Assembly: GCA_002841885.1 (NCBI GenBank)
Contig: PHBE01000018.1
Coordinates: 39,871 to 103,870 of the forward strand
Direction: 5' to 3'
Source of the DNA: Deltaproteobacteria bacterium HGW-Deltaproteobacteria-18
Lineage (GTDB): Bacteria > Desulfobacterota > Desulfovibrionia > Desulfovibrionales > Desulfomicrobiaceae
Length of the DNA stretch: 64,000 nt
A program made the translations under genes and the position numbers. Under the pieces are notes generated by a model that searched no databases, was not told where the DNA came from, and worked only from the letters and a program-made list of their open reading frames with translations. Below are positions 31,856 through 40,440 of the stretch, piece by piece; positions within the stretch are counted from its first letter, which is position 1, and every line of letters starts with the position of its first letter.

Positions 31856-32599
31856 CTACAGATACATGCCGCCATTGATTCCGAGCACCTGACCGGTGAT
31901 GTATTCAGCCTGGTCGGATGCAAGATAGGCCACGGCGTCGGCGATGGTTTGCGCCGAACCGAGGCGTCCCAGAGGAATGCGTTCGAGATATTTTTCCCGC
32001 ACGTCCTGGGGGAGAGTTTCAGTCATGTCGGTCTCGATGAACCCCGGCGCGATGGCGTTGACGGTGATGCCGCGCGAACCAAGCTCAAGTGCCGCAGCCT
32101 TGGTCAGCCCGATGAGGCCGGCCTTGGATGCGCAGTAGTTGGCTTGCCCGGCATTGCCCATCTGCCCCACGACAGAGGAAATATTGACGATGCGTCCTTT
32201 GCGCTGCTTGAGCATGATCTTGGCCGCCTGTTGCAGGCAGACGAAGGCTCCGGTCAGGTTGATCTGGATCACCTGTTCCCACTGCTCGCGCTTCATGCGC
32301 ATGATCAGGCCGTCCTTGGTGATGCCTGCGTTGTTGACCAGAAGCTCAAGGCTGACCTTGTCCTTGATCTCGGCAGCAAAAAAATCGGCTACGGCGTCCC
32401 AGTCGCTGGCGTCAAGCAGAAAGCCCCGGGCCGCCCCGCCATCAGCCGATACTTCGGCGCATACGGCTTCGGCGAGTTCCGGTCTGCTCACGTATGTGAA
32501 ATAAACCTGGTACCCCAAGCCTGCAAGTTTTTTTACGATCGCCTTGCCGATCCCTCTTGTGCCGCCGGTGACCAGGGCGGTCCTGACCAGTTCGCTCAT
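31856..32599 (-). CDS. fabG: 3-oxoacyl-ACP reductase
   Basis: TGGTRGIG, NNAGITKD, YCASK, ITGQVL. Confidence 0.96.
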   Translation of the reverse strand: MSELVRTALVTGGTRGIGKAIVKKLAGLGYQVYFTYVSRPELAEAVCAEVSADGGAARGFLLDASDWDAVADFFAAEIKDKVSLELLVNNAGITKDGLIMRMKREQWEQVIQINLTGAFVCLQQAAKIMLKQRKGRIVNISSVVGQMGNAGQANYCASKAGLIGLTKAAALELGSRGITVNAIAPGFIETDMTETLPQDVREKYLERIPLGRLGSAQTIADAVAYLASDQAEYITGQVLGINGGMYL

Positions 32600-32654
32600 G
32601 ATTGACCTCGTGGTTTGCTTGAAAAGTGCGAATTGAGTGGTTACTCAATGACCA

Positions 32655-33644
32655 CTAAAATTGCAACAAGGCCGATGCCCAGGTAAATCCGCCGCCAAAG
32701 GCGGTGAGCAGGACCTTCATTCCGGGCTGGATGCGGCCGCTGGCCACAGCTTCGGTCAGTGCGATGGGGATGGAGGCCGCCGAGGTGTTACCTATCCGGT
32801 CCACATTGACGTAGATTTTATCGGAGCCCACGTCCAATTTCTTGCCGATGGCCTCGATGATTCGGATATTGGCCTGATGAGGGATGATGAGATCGATGTC
32901 GTCGGTGGTCAGCCCGTTTCGCTCCAGCAGATTCCCGGAAATTTCAACCATGCAGCGCACGGCGTGCTTGAAGACGTCGCGTCCGTTCATCTCGACAAAA
33001 TATTCCGGTCCGACGGTCTGGCCGAGCACCGGCTTGCAGGCCGAGCCGCCGCCGTGGATGGTCAGCAGGTTGCCTACGGAACCGTCGGCTTTGAGCATGG
33101 CGTCGAGGACCTTGATTTTGCCGGGATTACCCTGTCCTGTGACGATGGCCGCTCCTGCCCCGTCGCCGAAGAGTACGCAGGTGGTACGGTCTTCAAAGTT
33201 GAGTCGTGAGGTGGTCACCTCACTGCCGACGATCAGGATTCTGGCGTCGGGATACATGCAGGCATAGGCCCGGGCCGTCTCGAGGCAATACAGAAAGCCG
33301 GAGCAGGCCGCGGCCAGATCGAAGGCCGGGATGCCCTTGAGGCCCAGCATGTCCTGCAGCAGGCAGGAAGTGGTCGGGAGATTGTAGTCCCCCGAAAAAG
33401 TGCCCACAAAAATATGCGTGAGGTCCTGGGCGGTCATTCCCGCGTTTTCAAGGGCCTTGCATGCGGCGTGGTAGGCCAGGACGGAACAGGGCTCGTCCGG
33501 CTGGGCGAAATATCGTGTTGCGATGCCGGTGCGCGTGCGAATCCAGTCGTCGGAGGTCTCGACGAGGTGTTCCAGGTCCGAATTCGTTACAATTGTCCGG
33601 GGCAGGTGCAAACCCAGTCCCGAAATGAAGCACGGTGAAGACAT
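32655..33644 (-). CDS. fabH: 3-oxoacyl-ACP synthase III
   Basis: AACSGF, LFGDGAGA, PHQANIRI, GNTSAASIP, FGGGFTW. Confidence 0.96.
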   Translation of the reverse strand: MSSPCFISGLGLHLPRTIVTNSDLEHLVETSDDWIRTRTGIATRYFAQPDEPCSVLAYHAACKALENAGMTAQDLTHIFVGTFSGDYNLPTTSCLLQDMLGLKGIPAFDLAAACSGFLYCLETARAYACMYPDARILIVGSEVTTSRLNFEDRTTCVLFGDGAGAAIVTGQGNPGKIKVLDAMLKADGSVGNLLTIHGGGSACKPVLGQTVGPEYFVEMNGRDVFKHAVRCMVEISGNLLERNGLTTDDIDLIIPHQANIRIIEAIGKKLDVGSDKIYVNVDRIGNTSAASIPIALTEAVASGRIQPGMKVLLTAFGGGFTWASALLQF

Positions 33645-33692
33645 GAGCGGATTCCTACATTCCCCTGAGGGGGGCTGCGTCAAGTTGCAAAG

Positions 33693-34760
33693 CTAAAGGC
33701 CCGCAGCTTCCTGCTTCAGGGCGGAGGCCTTGCCGGTTCGGGAGAAGAGGCTCAGTTCCGTGTTGGCGTGAAGGCCCTCCACGAGGTAATCGTTGGCCTT
33801 TTTCTCAACGAAGATGGCGGCTTGCTGCAGTGCGGTGGTGATGGCTCTCGCATTGGATTTGCCGTGGCAGACAATGGCGATGCCGTTCAGGCCAAGAATG
33901 GGCGCGCCACCGTATTCGGCGTAGTCGATTTTTTTGGCGAAGCGTTTGAAGGCGGGCAGGGCGATGAGCGTTCCCAGACGCGACCAGATTGACTTCTTGA
34001 GCTCCGTCTTGAGCATGGAAGCCAACGCCGAGCCCAGTCCTTCGCTCAGCTTCAAGGCCACGTTGCCGACGAAACCGTCGCAGACGATGACGTCGGTATC
34101 GCCGATGAAGACGTCACGTCCCTCGACGTTGCCGATAAAATTGAGTGAAGATCCCTTGAGCAGGGTAAAGGCGTCCTTGGTCAGGCTGTTGCCTTTGCCT
34201 TCTTCCTCTCCGATGCTCAGAATGCCCACTTTCGGACTGGGGATGTCCAGCACGCAACGGGCCAGCACTTCGGCCATGAGGCCGAACTGGACCAGATTGT
34301 ATGGCTTGCAGTCCGCATTGGCGCCCACGTCGATGAGCACGATGGGCTTTTTGAGCGTCGGCAAGATGGAAGCCAGCGCCGGTCTGTCCACGCCGCTTAT
34401 GCGGCCGAGGATGAACATGCCGCAGGCCAGGGCCGCGCCGGAGTTTCCGGCCGTGACCACGCCGTGGGCCCGGCCTTCGCGCACAAGCCGAAAGGCCACC
34501 TGCATGGAGCTGTCCTTCTTGCGCCTGAGCACATCCGAAGGCTTTTCCGCCATGCCGGCCACCTGGGTGGTGTGAACGATTTCGAAACGCACGTCCGCAT
34601 GGGCGTGCCTCTCCAATTCCTTGCGGATGGACGGTTCGTCGCCCACAAGGATGAGCCGGACTCCCGTCTCACGGGCAGCCGCGAGGGAGCCCGGAATGTT
34701 TATTTCCGGGCCGAAGTCTCCCCCCATGGCGTCCACGGCGAGACAGATGTCTTTAGGCAT
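33693..34760 (-). CDS. plsX: Phosphate acyltransferase
   Basis: AVDAMGGDFGP, GNSGA, DVGANAD, CDGFVGNVALK, GGAPILG, CHG. Confidence 0.96.
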   Translation of the reverse strand: MPKDICLAVDAMGGDFGPEINIPGSLAAARETGVRLILVGDEPSIRKELERHAHADVRFEIVHTTQVAGMAEKPSDVLRRKKDSSMQVAFRLVREGRAHGVVTAGNSGAALACGMFILGRISGVDRPALASILPTLKKPIVLIDVGANADCKPYNLVQFGLMAEVLARCVLDIPSPKVGILSIGEEEGKGNSLTKDAFTLLKGSSLNFIGNVEGRDVFIGDTDVIVCDGFVGNVALKLSEGLGSALASMLKTELKKSIWSRLGTLIALPAFKRFAKKIDYAEYGGAPILGLNGIAIVCHGKSNARAITTALQQAAIFVEKKANDYLVEGLHANTELSLFSRTGKASALKQEAAGL

Positions 34761-34932
34761 CTGCAGCCTTGGTGTACTGGCGTCCCTTGTATTTGCCGCA
34801 ACCGGGGCAGATGCAGTGGGACAGGCTCGCTTCGCCGCATTCGCAGTACACGACATTGGGGATGGCGACGTGGTCATGGGAACGACGCATGTTTCTTCTG
34901 GACTTGGATGTTTTCTTCTTGGGCAATGGCAT
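34753..34932 (-). CDS. rpmF: 50S ribosomal protein L32 (missing from the ORF track)
   Basis: Hand translation MPLPKKKTSKSRRNMRRSHDHVAIPNVVYCECGEASLSHCICPGCGKYKGRQYTKAADA (59 aa); GAGG RBS; lies between yceD and plsX. Confidence 0.95.
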   Translation of the reverse strand: MPLPKKKTSKSRRNMRRSHDHVAIPNVVYCECGEASLSHCICPGCGKYKGRQYTKAADA

Positions 34933-34958
34933 GATGGCACCTCTATCTTGAAAGCGAT

Positions 34959-35489
34959 CTAATTGGTTTTGATTTTAAGGCCTTGCAACGCTCTGGCCAA
35001 GGGTGATTGGCTGTCGGGATTGCTGCAGGCGCATGATTCCAGGTTCCTGTTTTTTCCGCATTGCGGGCATAGCCCCAAACACGAGTCGGCGCAAAGTATT
35101 TTTTCGGGCAGGGCCAGCAGGAATTCTTCCCACAAAAGGCCAGCCAAGTCCAATTCCCACCCTGTGTCGATGTTGCGCAGGTGGGTGGGTTCGTCTTCGA
35201 TCAGGTCGACGTCTTCGTGAGCTTCGAAGGAGTCGAAGTCGTGATCGATGACCACTTCGGCCTCTTCCAGGCATCGGTGGCACACGGTTTTTACGGTGCC
35301 GCCAAGATGGCCCTGGATCAGGTATCCGTCCTGCTGGGGAACGATGCTCAGCGTGGCCGAAAGAGGTGTGACGATCTCGATGTCATAGTGGAACTCCTGC
35401 CAGAGTTCCCTCCAGACATCCTGGTCGTCAAATGAAAATTCCCGACCTTGTGCCGGGAGATTCGTCAGTCCAATCCAATGTTCAACCAT
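34959..35489 (-). CDS. yceD: YceD/DUF177 family protein
   Basis: CHRCLE, LLALP..LC..SCLGLCPQCG; upstream of rpmF. Confidence 0.9.
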   Translation of the reverse strand: MVEHWIGLTNLPAQGREFSFDDQDVWRELWQEFHYDIEIVTPLSATLSIVPQQDGYLIQGHLGGTVKTVCHRCLEEAEVVIDHDFDSFEAHEDVDLIEDEPTHLRNIDTGWELDLAGLLWEEFLLALPEKILCADSCLGLCPQCGKNRNLESCACSNPDSQSPLARALQGLKIKTN

Positions 35490-35511
35490 GTGTGCACCTC
35501 GAAACGGGACG

Positions 35512-35539
35512 TGTATATGGGGTTTCTTTTTCCTGTCAA
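35512..35539 (-). promoter_or_regulatory. Putative sigma70 promoter of the yceD-rpmF-plsX-fab operon
   Basis: TTGACA-N16-TATACA. Confidence 0.4.
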
Positions 35540-35684
35540 GGATTTTTACTTGCCATCCCCGGCGTCCAGATATATGGGTCCAAATTCCTCTGGCGGCAAA
35601 TCATGTTCATGGCCGGCCGGAAAGTCTCGGAGCTGCCAGGCCATGACAGCTTAAGATATCAAAGCACTATTTTAGGAGGACGTT

Positions 35685-35885
35685 ATGTCAAAAGTTTGCG
35701 ATATTTGTGGGAAGGGCCCTCAGGTCGGCAACAATGTCAGCCATGCCAACAACAAGACCAAGCGGCGCTTCATGCCCAACCTTCAGGCTGTCCGCGCACA
35801 GCTGCAGTCCGGCGAAGTGAAGCGGATGAAGGTTTGCACCCAGTGCATCCGTTCTGGAGCCGTGACTAAGCCCGCAGTCAACTAG
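35685..35885 (+). CDS. rpmB: 50S ribosomal protein L28
   Basis: [29 protein letters not shown]; AGGAGG RBS. Confidence 0.97.
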   Translation: MSKVCDICGKGPQVGNNVSHANNKTKRRFMPNLQAVRAQLQSGEVKRMKVCTQCIRSGAVTKPAVN

Positions 35886-35900
35886 GCTTCCCTGTTCTTT

Positions 35901-35937
35901 CAACAAAAAAGGCGACTTAAGGTCGCCTTTTTTGTTG
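35901..35937. terminator. Bidirectional terminator between rpmB and sodB
   Basis: CAACAAAAAAGGCGAC-ttaag-GTCGCCTTTTTTGTTG. Confidence 0.88.
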
Positions 35938-35946
35938 CCTGCCGTA

Positions 35947-36543
35947 CTACTTGGCCAGCTGCTGGTTTACGAATTCCCAGTTGATCAGCTTGTCCAGAAA
36001 ATCCTGCAGATAGTCGGCCCGCCGGTTCTGGTAATCAAGGTAATAGGCGTGCTCCCAGACGTCTGCTGTGAGCAGTGCCTTGGCGCCGTGGATCATGGGC
36101 GTGTCGGCGTTGCCGGTCTTCATGATCTCAAGCTTCCCGCCTTTTTCCACCAGCCAGGCCCATCCGCTTCCGAACTGAGTCATGCCTGCTTCCTTGAAGG
36201 CCTTGGCGAAATTTTCGTAGTTGCCAAATGCCTTGTTGATGCCTTCAGCCACGGCTCCGGTGGGTGCTCCGCCACCGCCGGCCTTCATGCAGCGCCAGTA
36301 GAAGGAATGGTTCCAGACCTGGGCCGCGTTGTTGAAAATGCCAGCCTTGGAGGGGTCGCCCGCCGTGGCCATGACTATTTCCCGCAGTGTCTGTCCTTCG
36401 AAATCCGTGCCCGCGATCAGTTTGTTGGTGTTGTCGATGTAGAGCTGGTGGTGTTTGCCATGATGAAAGTCAAAGGTCTTGGCGCTGATGCATGGGCTTA
36501 AAGCGTCCTTGGCGTAGGGGAGATCCGGGAGCACGAAGATCAT
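35947..36543 (-). CDS. sodB: Fe-type superoxide dismutase, no signal peptide
   Basis: HHGKHH, AAQVWNH, FGSGWAW, DVWEHAYY. Confidence 0.94.
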   Translation of the reverse strand: MIFVLPDLPYAKDALSPCISAKTFDFHHGKHHQLYIDNTNKLIAGTDFEGQTLREIVMATAGDPSKAGIFNNAAQVWNHSFYWRCMKAGGGGAPTGAVAEGINKAFGNYENFAKAFKEAGMTQFGSGWAWLVEKGGKLEIMKTGNADTPMIHGAKALLTADVWEHAYYLDYQNRRADYLQDFLDKLINWEFVNQQLAK

Positions 36544-36705
36544 ACAAGCCTCCTATTTAATGTATAGAACGTGATGCCAATCCTGGCGCGGTCCCTGCCT
36601 TTAAAGTGGGCGGGCCGTGGAAATTGGAAGGTAGTTCAAAGTGAATCAATGAAAGTAATCTGTCAACAGGAGGACGCGAAATTGTGTGCTCACTTGCCGG
36701 TGCGA

Positions 36706-37836
36706 TCAGTACAGGACGAACTTGGCCAGGCGGCCGTCCAGGCCTCCGTTCTTGAGGGGCTTTTTCCACTGCGGCTTCAAGCCGATGCACTTGAGCCAGG
36801 CCCTGTCCCCGAAGTAGACGTATGCGGTGGAACCGGCGCAACGTTGTTTCAGGTGGTCCCCGAATTTTTTGAACCACGGGGCCATGTCTTCGCTTTTGCC
36901 GAGGCGGATGCCGTAGGGTGGATTGCAAATGATGGTAGTGTTTGTCATGTCGCCGCGCTCAAAAAAGTCCCTGCGCCCGACGATGACCTCGTCCCCGCCG
37001 GGCAGCATGGACATGTTGGTCCGCGTTGCTTCCACCGCGACGGCGTCGATGTCGCTGCCGCGCAGGTCGGCCTCGAGTTCCACCGTGGTCTCGGCGGCGA
37101 GCTCCAGATCCCACAGACGGGGATTGAAATCGGGCAGCCGGTTGAAGCCGAATTTGCGGCGCAGCAATCCGGACGGAAGGTTGGTGGCGTGCATGAATGC
37201 TTCGCACAGAATGGTCCCCGAGCCGCACAGGGGGTCGATGAGGGGAGACTTGCCGTCCCATTCGCTCATGCGGATTATCGCCGCCGCCACGGTCTCGTTC
37301 ATGGGCGCTTCGACGCTCTGCACGCGGTAGCCGCGCCGGTGCATGGACCCGCCGGAGACGTCCAGGCTGATCGTGCCCACGTCTTCGTGGATGTGCAGAT
37401 GCAACCACAGGTCGGGATCGCGGGGGTCGACGCTGGGCCTGATGCCGGTGTGATCCCGGAACCAGTCCGCAACGGCGTCCTTGAGTTTGAGTCCCGCATA
37501 CTGGGAATGGCCGATGGCGCTTTTTGAGACATTGGCGAAGATGGCGAAAGTCTGGTCCGCCGTCAGGAAGTCGGTCCAGCGTATCGCCATGCCGGCCTTG
37601 TAAAGATCCTGGTCCGCCGGGCAGGCGAAGCGCACAAGCGGAGCCAGGACGCGGGAGATCAGCCGCGCGCGGTAGGCGATGCGGTACAGCGCCTGGGGTG
37701 AGGCCTTGAAGCGCACGTAGCGAAAGCCGCATGCGCAGTCGGTGGCCCCGAGTTCCTGCAGTTCGGTTCGGGCCAGGTCTTCGATGCCGTCCGCCACCTG
37801 GGCTGTATAGATCTGGTTTTGCTGGTAGTCGTACAT
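36706..37836 (-). CDS. THUMP-domain SAM-dependent RNA methyltransferase (RlmL-like)
   Basis: SMHRRGYR, APMNETVAAA, DPLCGSGT, NPPYG. Confidence 0.85.
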   Translation of the reverse strand: MYDYQQNQIYTAQVADGIEDLARTELQELGATDCACGFRYVRFKASPQALYRIAYRARLISRVLAPLVRFACPADQDLYKAGMAIRWTDFLTADQTFAIFANVSKSAIGHSQYAGLKLKDAVADWFRDHTGIRPSVDPRDPDLWLHLHIHEDVGTISLDVSGGSMHRRGYRVQSVEAPMNETVAAAIIRMSEWDGKSPLIDPLCGSGTILCEAFMHATNLPSGLLRRKFGFNRLPDFNPRLWDLELAAETTVELEADLRGSDIDAVAVEATRTNMSMLPGGDEVIVGRRDFFERGDMTNTTIICNPPYGIRLGKSEDMAPWFKKFGDHLKQRCAGSTAYVYFGDRAWLKCIGLKPQWKKPLKNGGLDGRLAKFVLY

Positions 37837-37840
37837 GGGA

Positions 37841-37872
37841 TGGACCTTCTGGACGAGATGGACGAGATGGAC
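37841..37872 (+). repeat. TGGAC repeated four times with 9-nt period
   Basis: tggac-cttc-tggac-gaga-tggac-gaga-tggac, immediately upstream of the methyltransferase start. Confidence 0.7.
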
Positions 37873-37915
37873 TCGCCCGGCAGGTCATGAAAAGGCCCGG
37901 TTGCCCGGGCCGTGA

Positions 37916-39310
37916 TTACAGGGTCAGGGCCTTGCGGAAGCGTTCCAGGGTGCGCTCGCGCCCGAGGACTTCCATTGTTTCGAACAGGCCCGGGCTCATG
38001 GTCGTGCCGGTGATGGCCACGCGAATGGGCTGGGCCAGAGCCTTGAACTTGAGGCCGGTCTCTTCCAGATAGACGTTTACCATCTCTTCCAGGCTGCTGT
38101 GGTCAAAGGCTGCAAGGGCTTCCATGCGTTCAGCCAGGATCGCAAGATGCTCACGTGTATCCGGGGTGAGGAACTTGGTCACCGCCGCTTCGGCATAAGG
38201 CAGGCTCCCGGCGTCATGCAGGAAGAAGGTCGCCTGTTCGGCCATTTCCTTGAGAGTCTTGGCTCTGGGCTGGAAGAGGGGCACGATGGCCTCAAGGTAG
38301 TCCTTTGCTGGTTCAAAGTCCGTGTTCTGCCGGATCATTTCGTCCAGCAATCCTGCGAGCCTCGGCACATCGCCGACCTTGATGAAGTGGCTGTTGGTCC
38401 AGTTGAGCTTGTCCATGTCGAAAACCGAGGCGGATTTGCCAAGGCCCTCAAGAGTGAATTTCTTCAGCAGCTCGTCCATGGTGAAGAGTTCGTCATCGCC
38501 ATGAGACCAGCCCAGCCGCACCAGATAGCTGAGCATGGCTTCGGGCAGGTACCCGAGATCCTTGTACATCATGACCGAGGTCGCGCCGTGGCGCTTGCTC
38601 ATCTTTTTCTTGTCGGGACCGAGGATCATGGGCACGTGGCCGAATTTGGGCAGGGCTGCACCCAGGGCCTCGTAGATGAGGATCTGCTTGGGCGTGTTGT
38701 TCTGGTGGTCGTCGCCGCGCAGGACATGGGTCACGCCCATGAGCACGTCGTCCACGACCACTGCCATCTGATAGATGGCGGAGCCGTCCGCCCGGCGGAT
38801 GACGAAGTCGTCCATTTCCTGCACGTCCCAGGCGATGGGACCCTTGATGAGGTCGTCAAAGATCACCTTGCCCGTCAGCGGTGTCTTGAAGCGGACCACG
38901 CGCCCAGGTCCGGGCCCAAGGCCAAGTTCCCGGCACTTGCCGTTGTATTTGGGCTTGAGTCCCGCAGCGCGGGCCGTCTCGCGCATCTCTTCGACTTCTT
39001 CGGGCGTGCAGGAGCAGTAGTAGGCCTTGCCCGTTTCCACGAGCCTGTCCACATGGCTGCCGTAGAGGTCGCCGCGCTCGCTCTGGAAATAGGGGCCTTC
39101 ATCAAAATCCAGGCCCAGCCAGTGCATGGCGTCGATGATGGCGTCTGTCATTTCCTGGGTCGATCGGGCCTGATCCGTGTCCTCGATGCGCAGGATGAAC
39201 TTGCCTCCGCTCTGGCGGGCATACAGGTAGTTGAAAAGCGCCGTGCGGGCACCTCCGATATGCAGATATCCAGTGGGACTGGGGGGGAAACGTGTCACTA
39301 TTTGGGTCAT
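37916..39310 (-). CDS. gltX: Glutamyl-tRNA synthetase
   Basis: RFPPSPTGYLHIGG, LRIEDTD, THVLRGDDH, KMSKR. Confidence 0.97.
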   Translation of the reverse strand: MTQIVTRFPPSPTGYLHIGGARTALFNYLYARQSGGKFILRIEDTDQARSTQEMTDAIIDAMHWLGLDFDEGPYFQSERGDLYGSHVDRLVETGKAYYCSCTPEEVEEMRETARAAGLKPKYNGKCRELGLGPGPGRVVRFKTPLTGKVIFDDLIKGPIAWDVQEMDDFVIRRADGSAIYQMAVVVDDVLMGVTHVLRGDDHQNNTPKQILIYEALGAALPKFGHVPMILGPDKKKMSKRHGATSVMMYKDLGYLPEAMLSYLVRLGWSHGDDELFTMDELLKKFTLEGLGKSASVFDMDKLNWTNSHFIKVGDVPRLAGLLDEMIRQNTDFEPAKDYLEAIVPLFQPRAKTLKEMAEQATFFLHDAGSLPYAEAAVTKFLTPDTREHLAILAERMEALAAFDHSSLEEMVNVYLEETGLKFKALAQPIRVAITGTTMSPGLFETMEVLGRERTLERFRKALTL

Positions 39311-39443
39311 GTTGCTCTTCCAGAAAAAACGGCGAAAAAACGCCGGCTGATTCCGAACCCGGGGCTTTGGGCCGGCGGGCGCGGGATGAGTGTTGCGTGG
39401 GAAAGTTGCGGCCGGATGGTCCCGGCCGGGCGGCCTGGCCCGG

Positions 39444-39665
39444 CTAGACGGCTTCGACGGACTTGATGCCGGGAACCATCTTCTTGACGGCGCGCTCGAT
39501 GCTGCTCTTGAGCGTCATCTGTGCCATGGGGCACCCCTTGCAGGCTCCGGACATGCGCACCTGCACGATGCCGCTGGGCAGGATGTCCACCAGTTCAACG
39601 TAGCCGCCGTCAGCTTGCAGAATGGGGCGCACGGTATCAAGCGCCTTCTCGACCTGTTCTCGCAT
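39444..39665 (-). CDS. Stand-alone NifU C-terminal (NfuA-like) domain protein
   Basis: VRPILQADGGYVELV, GACKGCP. Confidence 0.9.
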   Translation of the reverse strand: MREQVEKALDTVRPILQADGGYVELVDILPSGIVQVRMSGACKGCPMAQMTLKSSIERAVKKMVPGIKSVEAV

Positions 39666-39713
39666 GGCTCCCTCCGGGGCTGGCGCGTCAGGATGGGCGT
39701 CAGCCGATCTCGA

Positions 39714-40067
39714 TCATTCTTCGAAAAGAAGGCCCGCCATCAGCTTTTCAGGGTCGCGCCGTTCGGGGACGGTCTCCAGGGGGATGCTGCCTTCGTTGAT
39801 TTCCTTGGAGACGTAGAGTCCGCAATAACAGGCTCCAAATTCGGCCACATCCGGTTCGCGGTAAACGCAGGGGCAGAGGATGTCCTGATCCAGTTCGCGC
39901 TTGCCTGAAGCCAGGCGGCAGGGGCAGGCCATGTAGCCGTAACGCTCGCGGTTGATCAGCAGGCTTTCCATGAGATCAAGAACGAAGGCTTTGTCCTTGT
40001 TGAAGAAATAGCCTTTGGCTTCCTGCAGGGGCCGCAGTTTCTCGTAGAGTTCTTCGGGAGTCATCAT
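39714..40067 (-). CDS. Ferredoxin:thioredoxin reductase catalytic-subunit-like protein
   Basis: CPC..CPC..CYC cysteine pattern (YMACPCR, ILCPCVY, GACYCGLY). Confidence 0.88.
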   Translation of the reverse strand: MMTPEELYEKLRPLQEAKGYFFNKDKAFVLDLMESLLINRERYGYMACPCRLASGKRELDQDILCPCVYREPDVAEFGACYCGLYVSKEINEGSIPLETVPERRDPEKLMAGLLFEE

Positions 40068-40318
40068 CTCTCCAGGGCTTCCTTGATCTGATCCTGCTTG
40101 AAGCCGACAATGGCTTCCTCGTCCACGAGCAAGGTCGGAAAGGAAAGCTTGGGATTGATTTTCTTGATGGCCTCGATGATCTGCTTGCGTTCATCGCCTT
40201 CGAGCTTGTCGACGAAGACGCAGTCGTATTTCGCACCGCAGTCGTCGAGGTACTCTTTTGTTTTCTTGCAATGAACGCAGGTGCTTAATGCATAGAGCGT
40301 GATGGCTTTGTCAGGCAT
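40064..40318 (-). CDS. Glutaredoxin-like (NrdH-type) protein
   Basis: LSTCVHCKKTK, SFPT, IVGF; ATGA overlap with the FTR-like gene. Confidence 0.88.
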   Translation of the reverse strand: MPDKAITLYALSTCVHCKKTKEYLDDCGAKYDCVFVDKLEGDERKQIIEAIKKINPKLSFPTLLVDEEAIVGFKQDQIKEALER

Positions 40319-40440
40319 GGATCCTCCTTGCTATGTCGTGGGCGTTGCGATAGCCCTTGGCCGTCTCTTTGATTGGGATGCTATAAAGATTAATCGCCCC
40401 GCCGTCCACGCCGGGATGGGGCATATCGCGGGAGAACATC

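Noticed and set aside
36584-36598. Sigma54-like TGGCGCG-N4-CTGC on the plus strand
   Set aside because: It points away from sodB into the 3' end of an opposite-strand gene, so it has no plausible target.
36645-36670. PerR/Fur box at the sodB promoter (TTGACA at 36661-36666, minus strand)
   Set aside because: Only a half-site (AAGTAA) is visible, with no palindrome and no convincing -10 element.
39714-40318. Selenocysteine read-through in the redox genes
   Set aside because: All catalytic positions are Cys codons and the TGA stops fall at expected protein ends.
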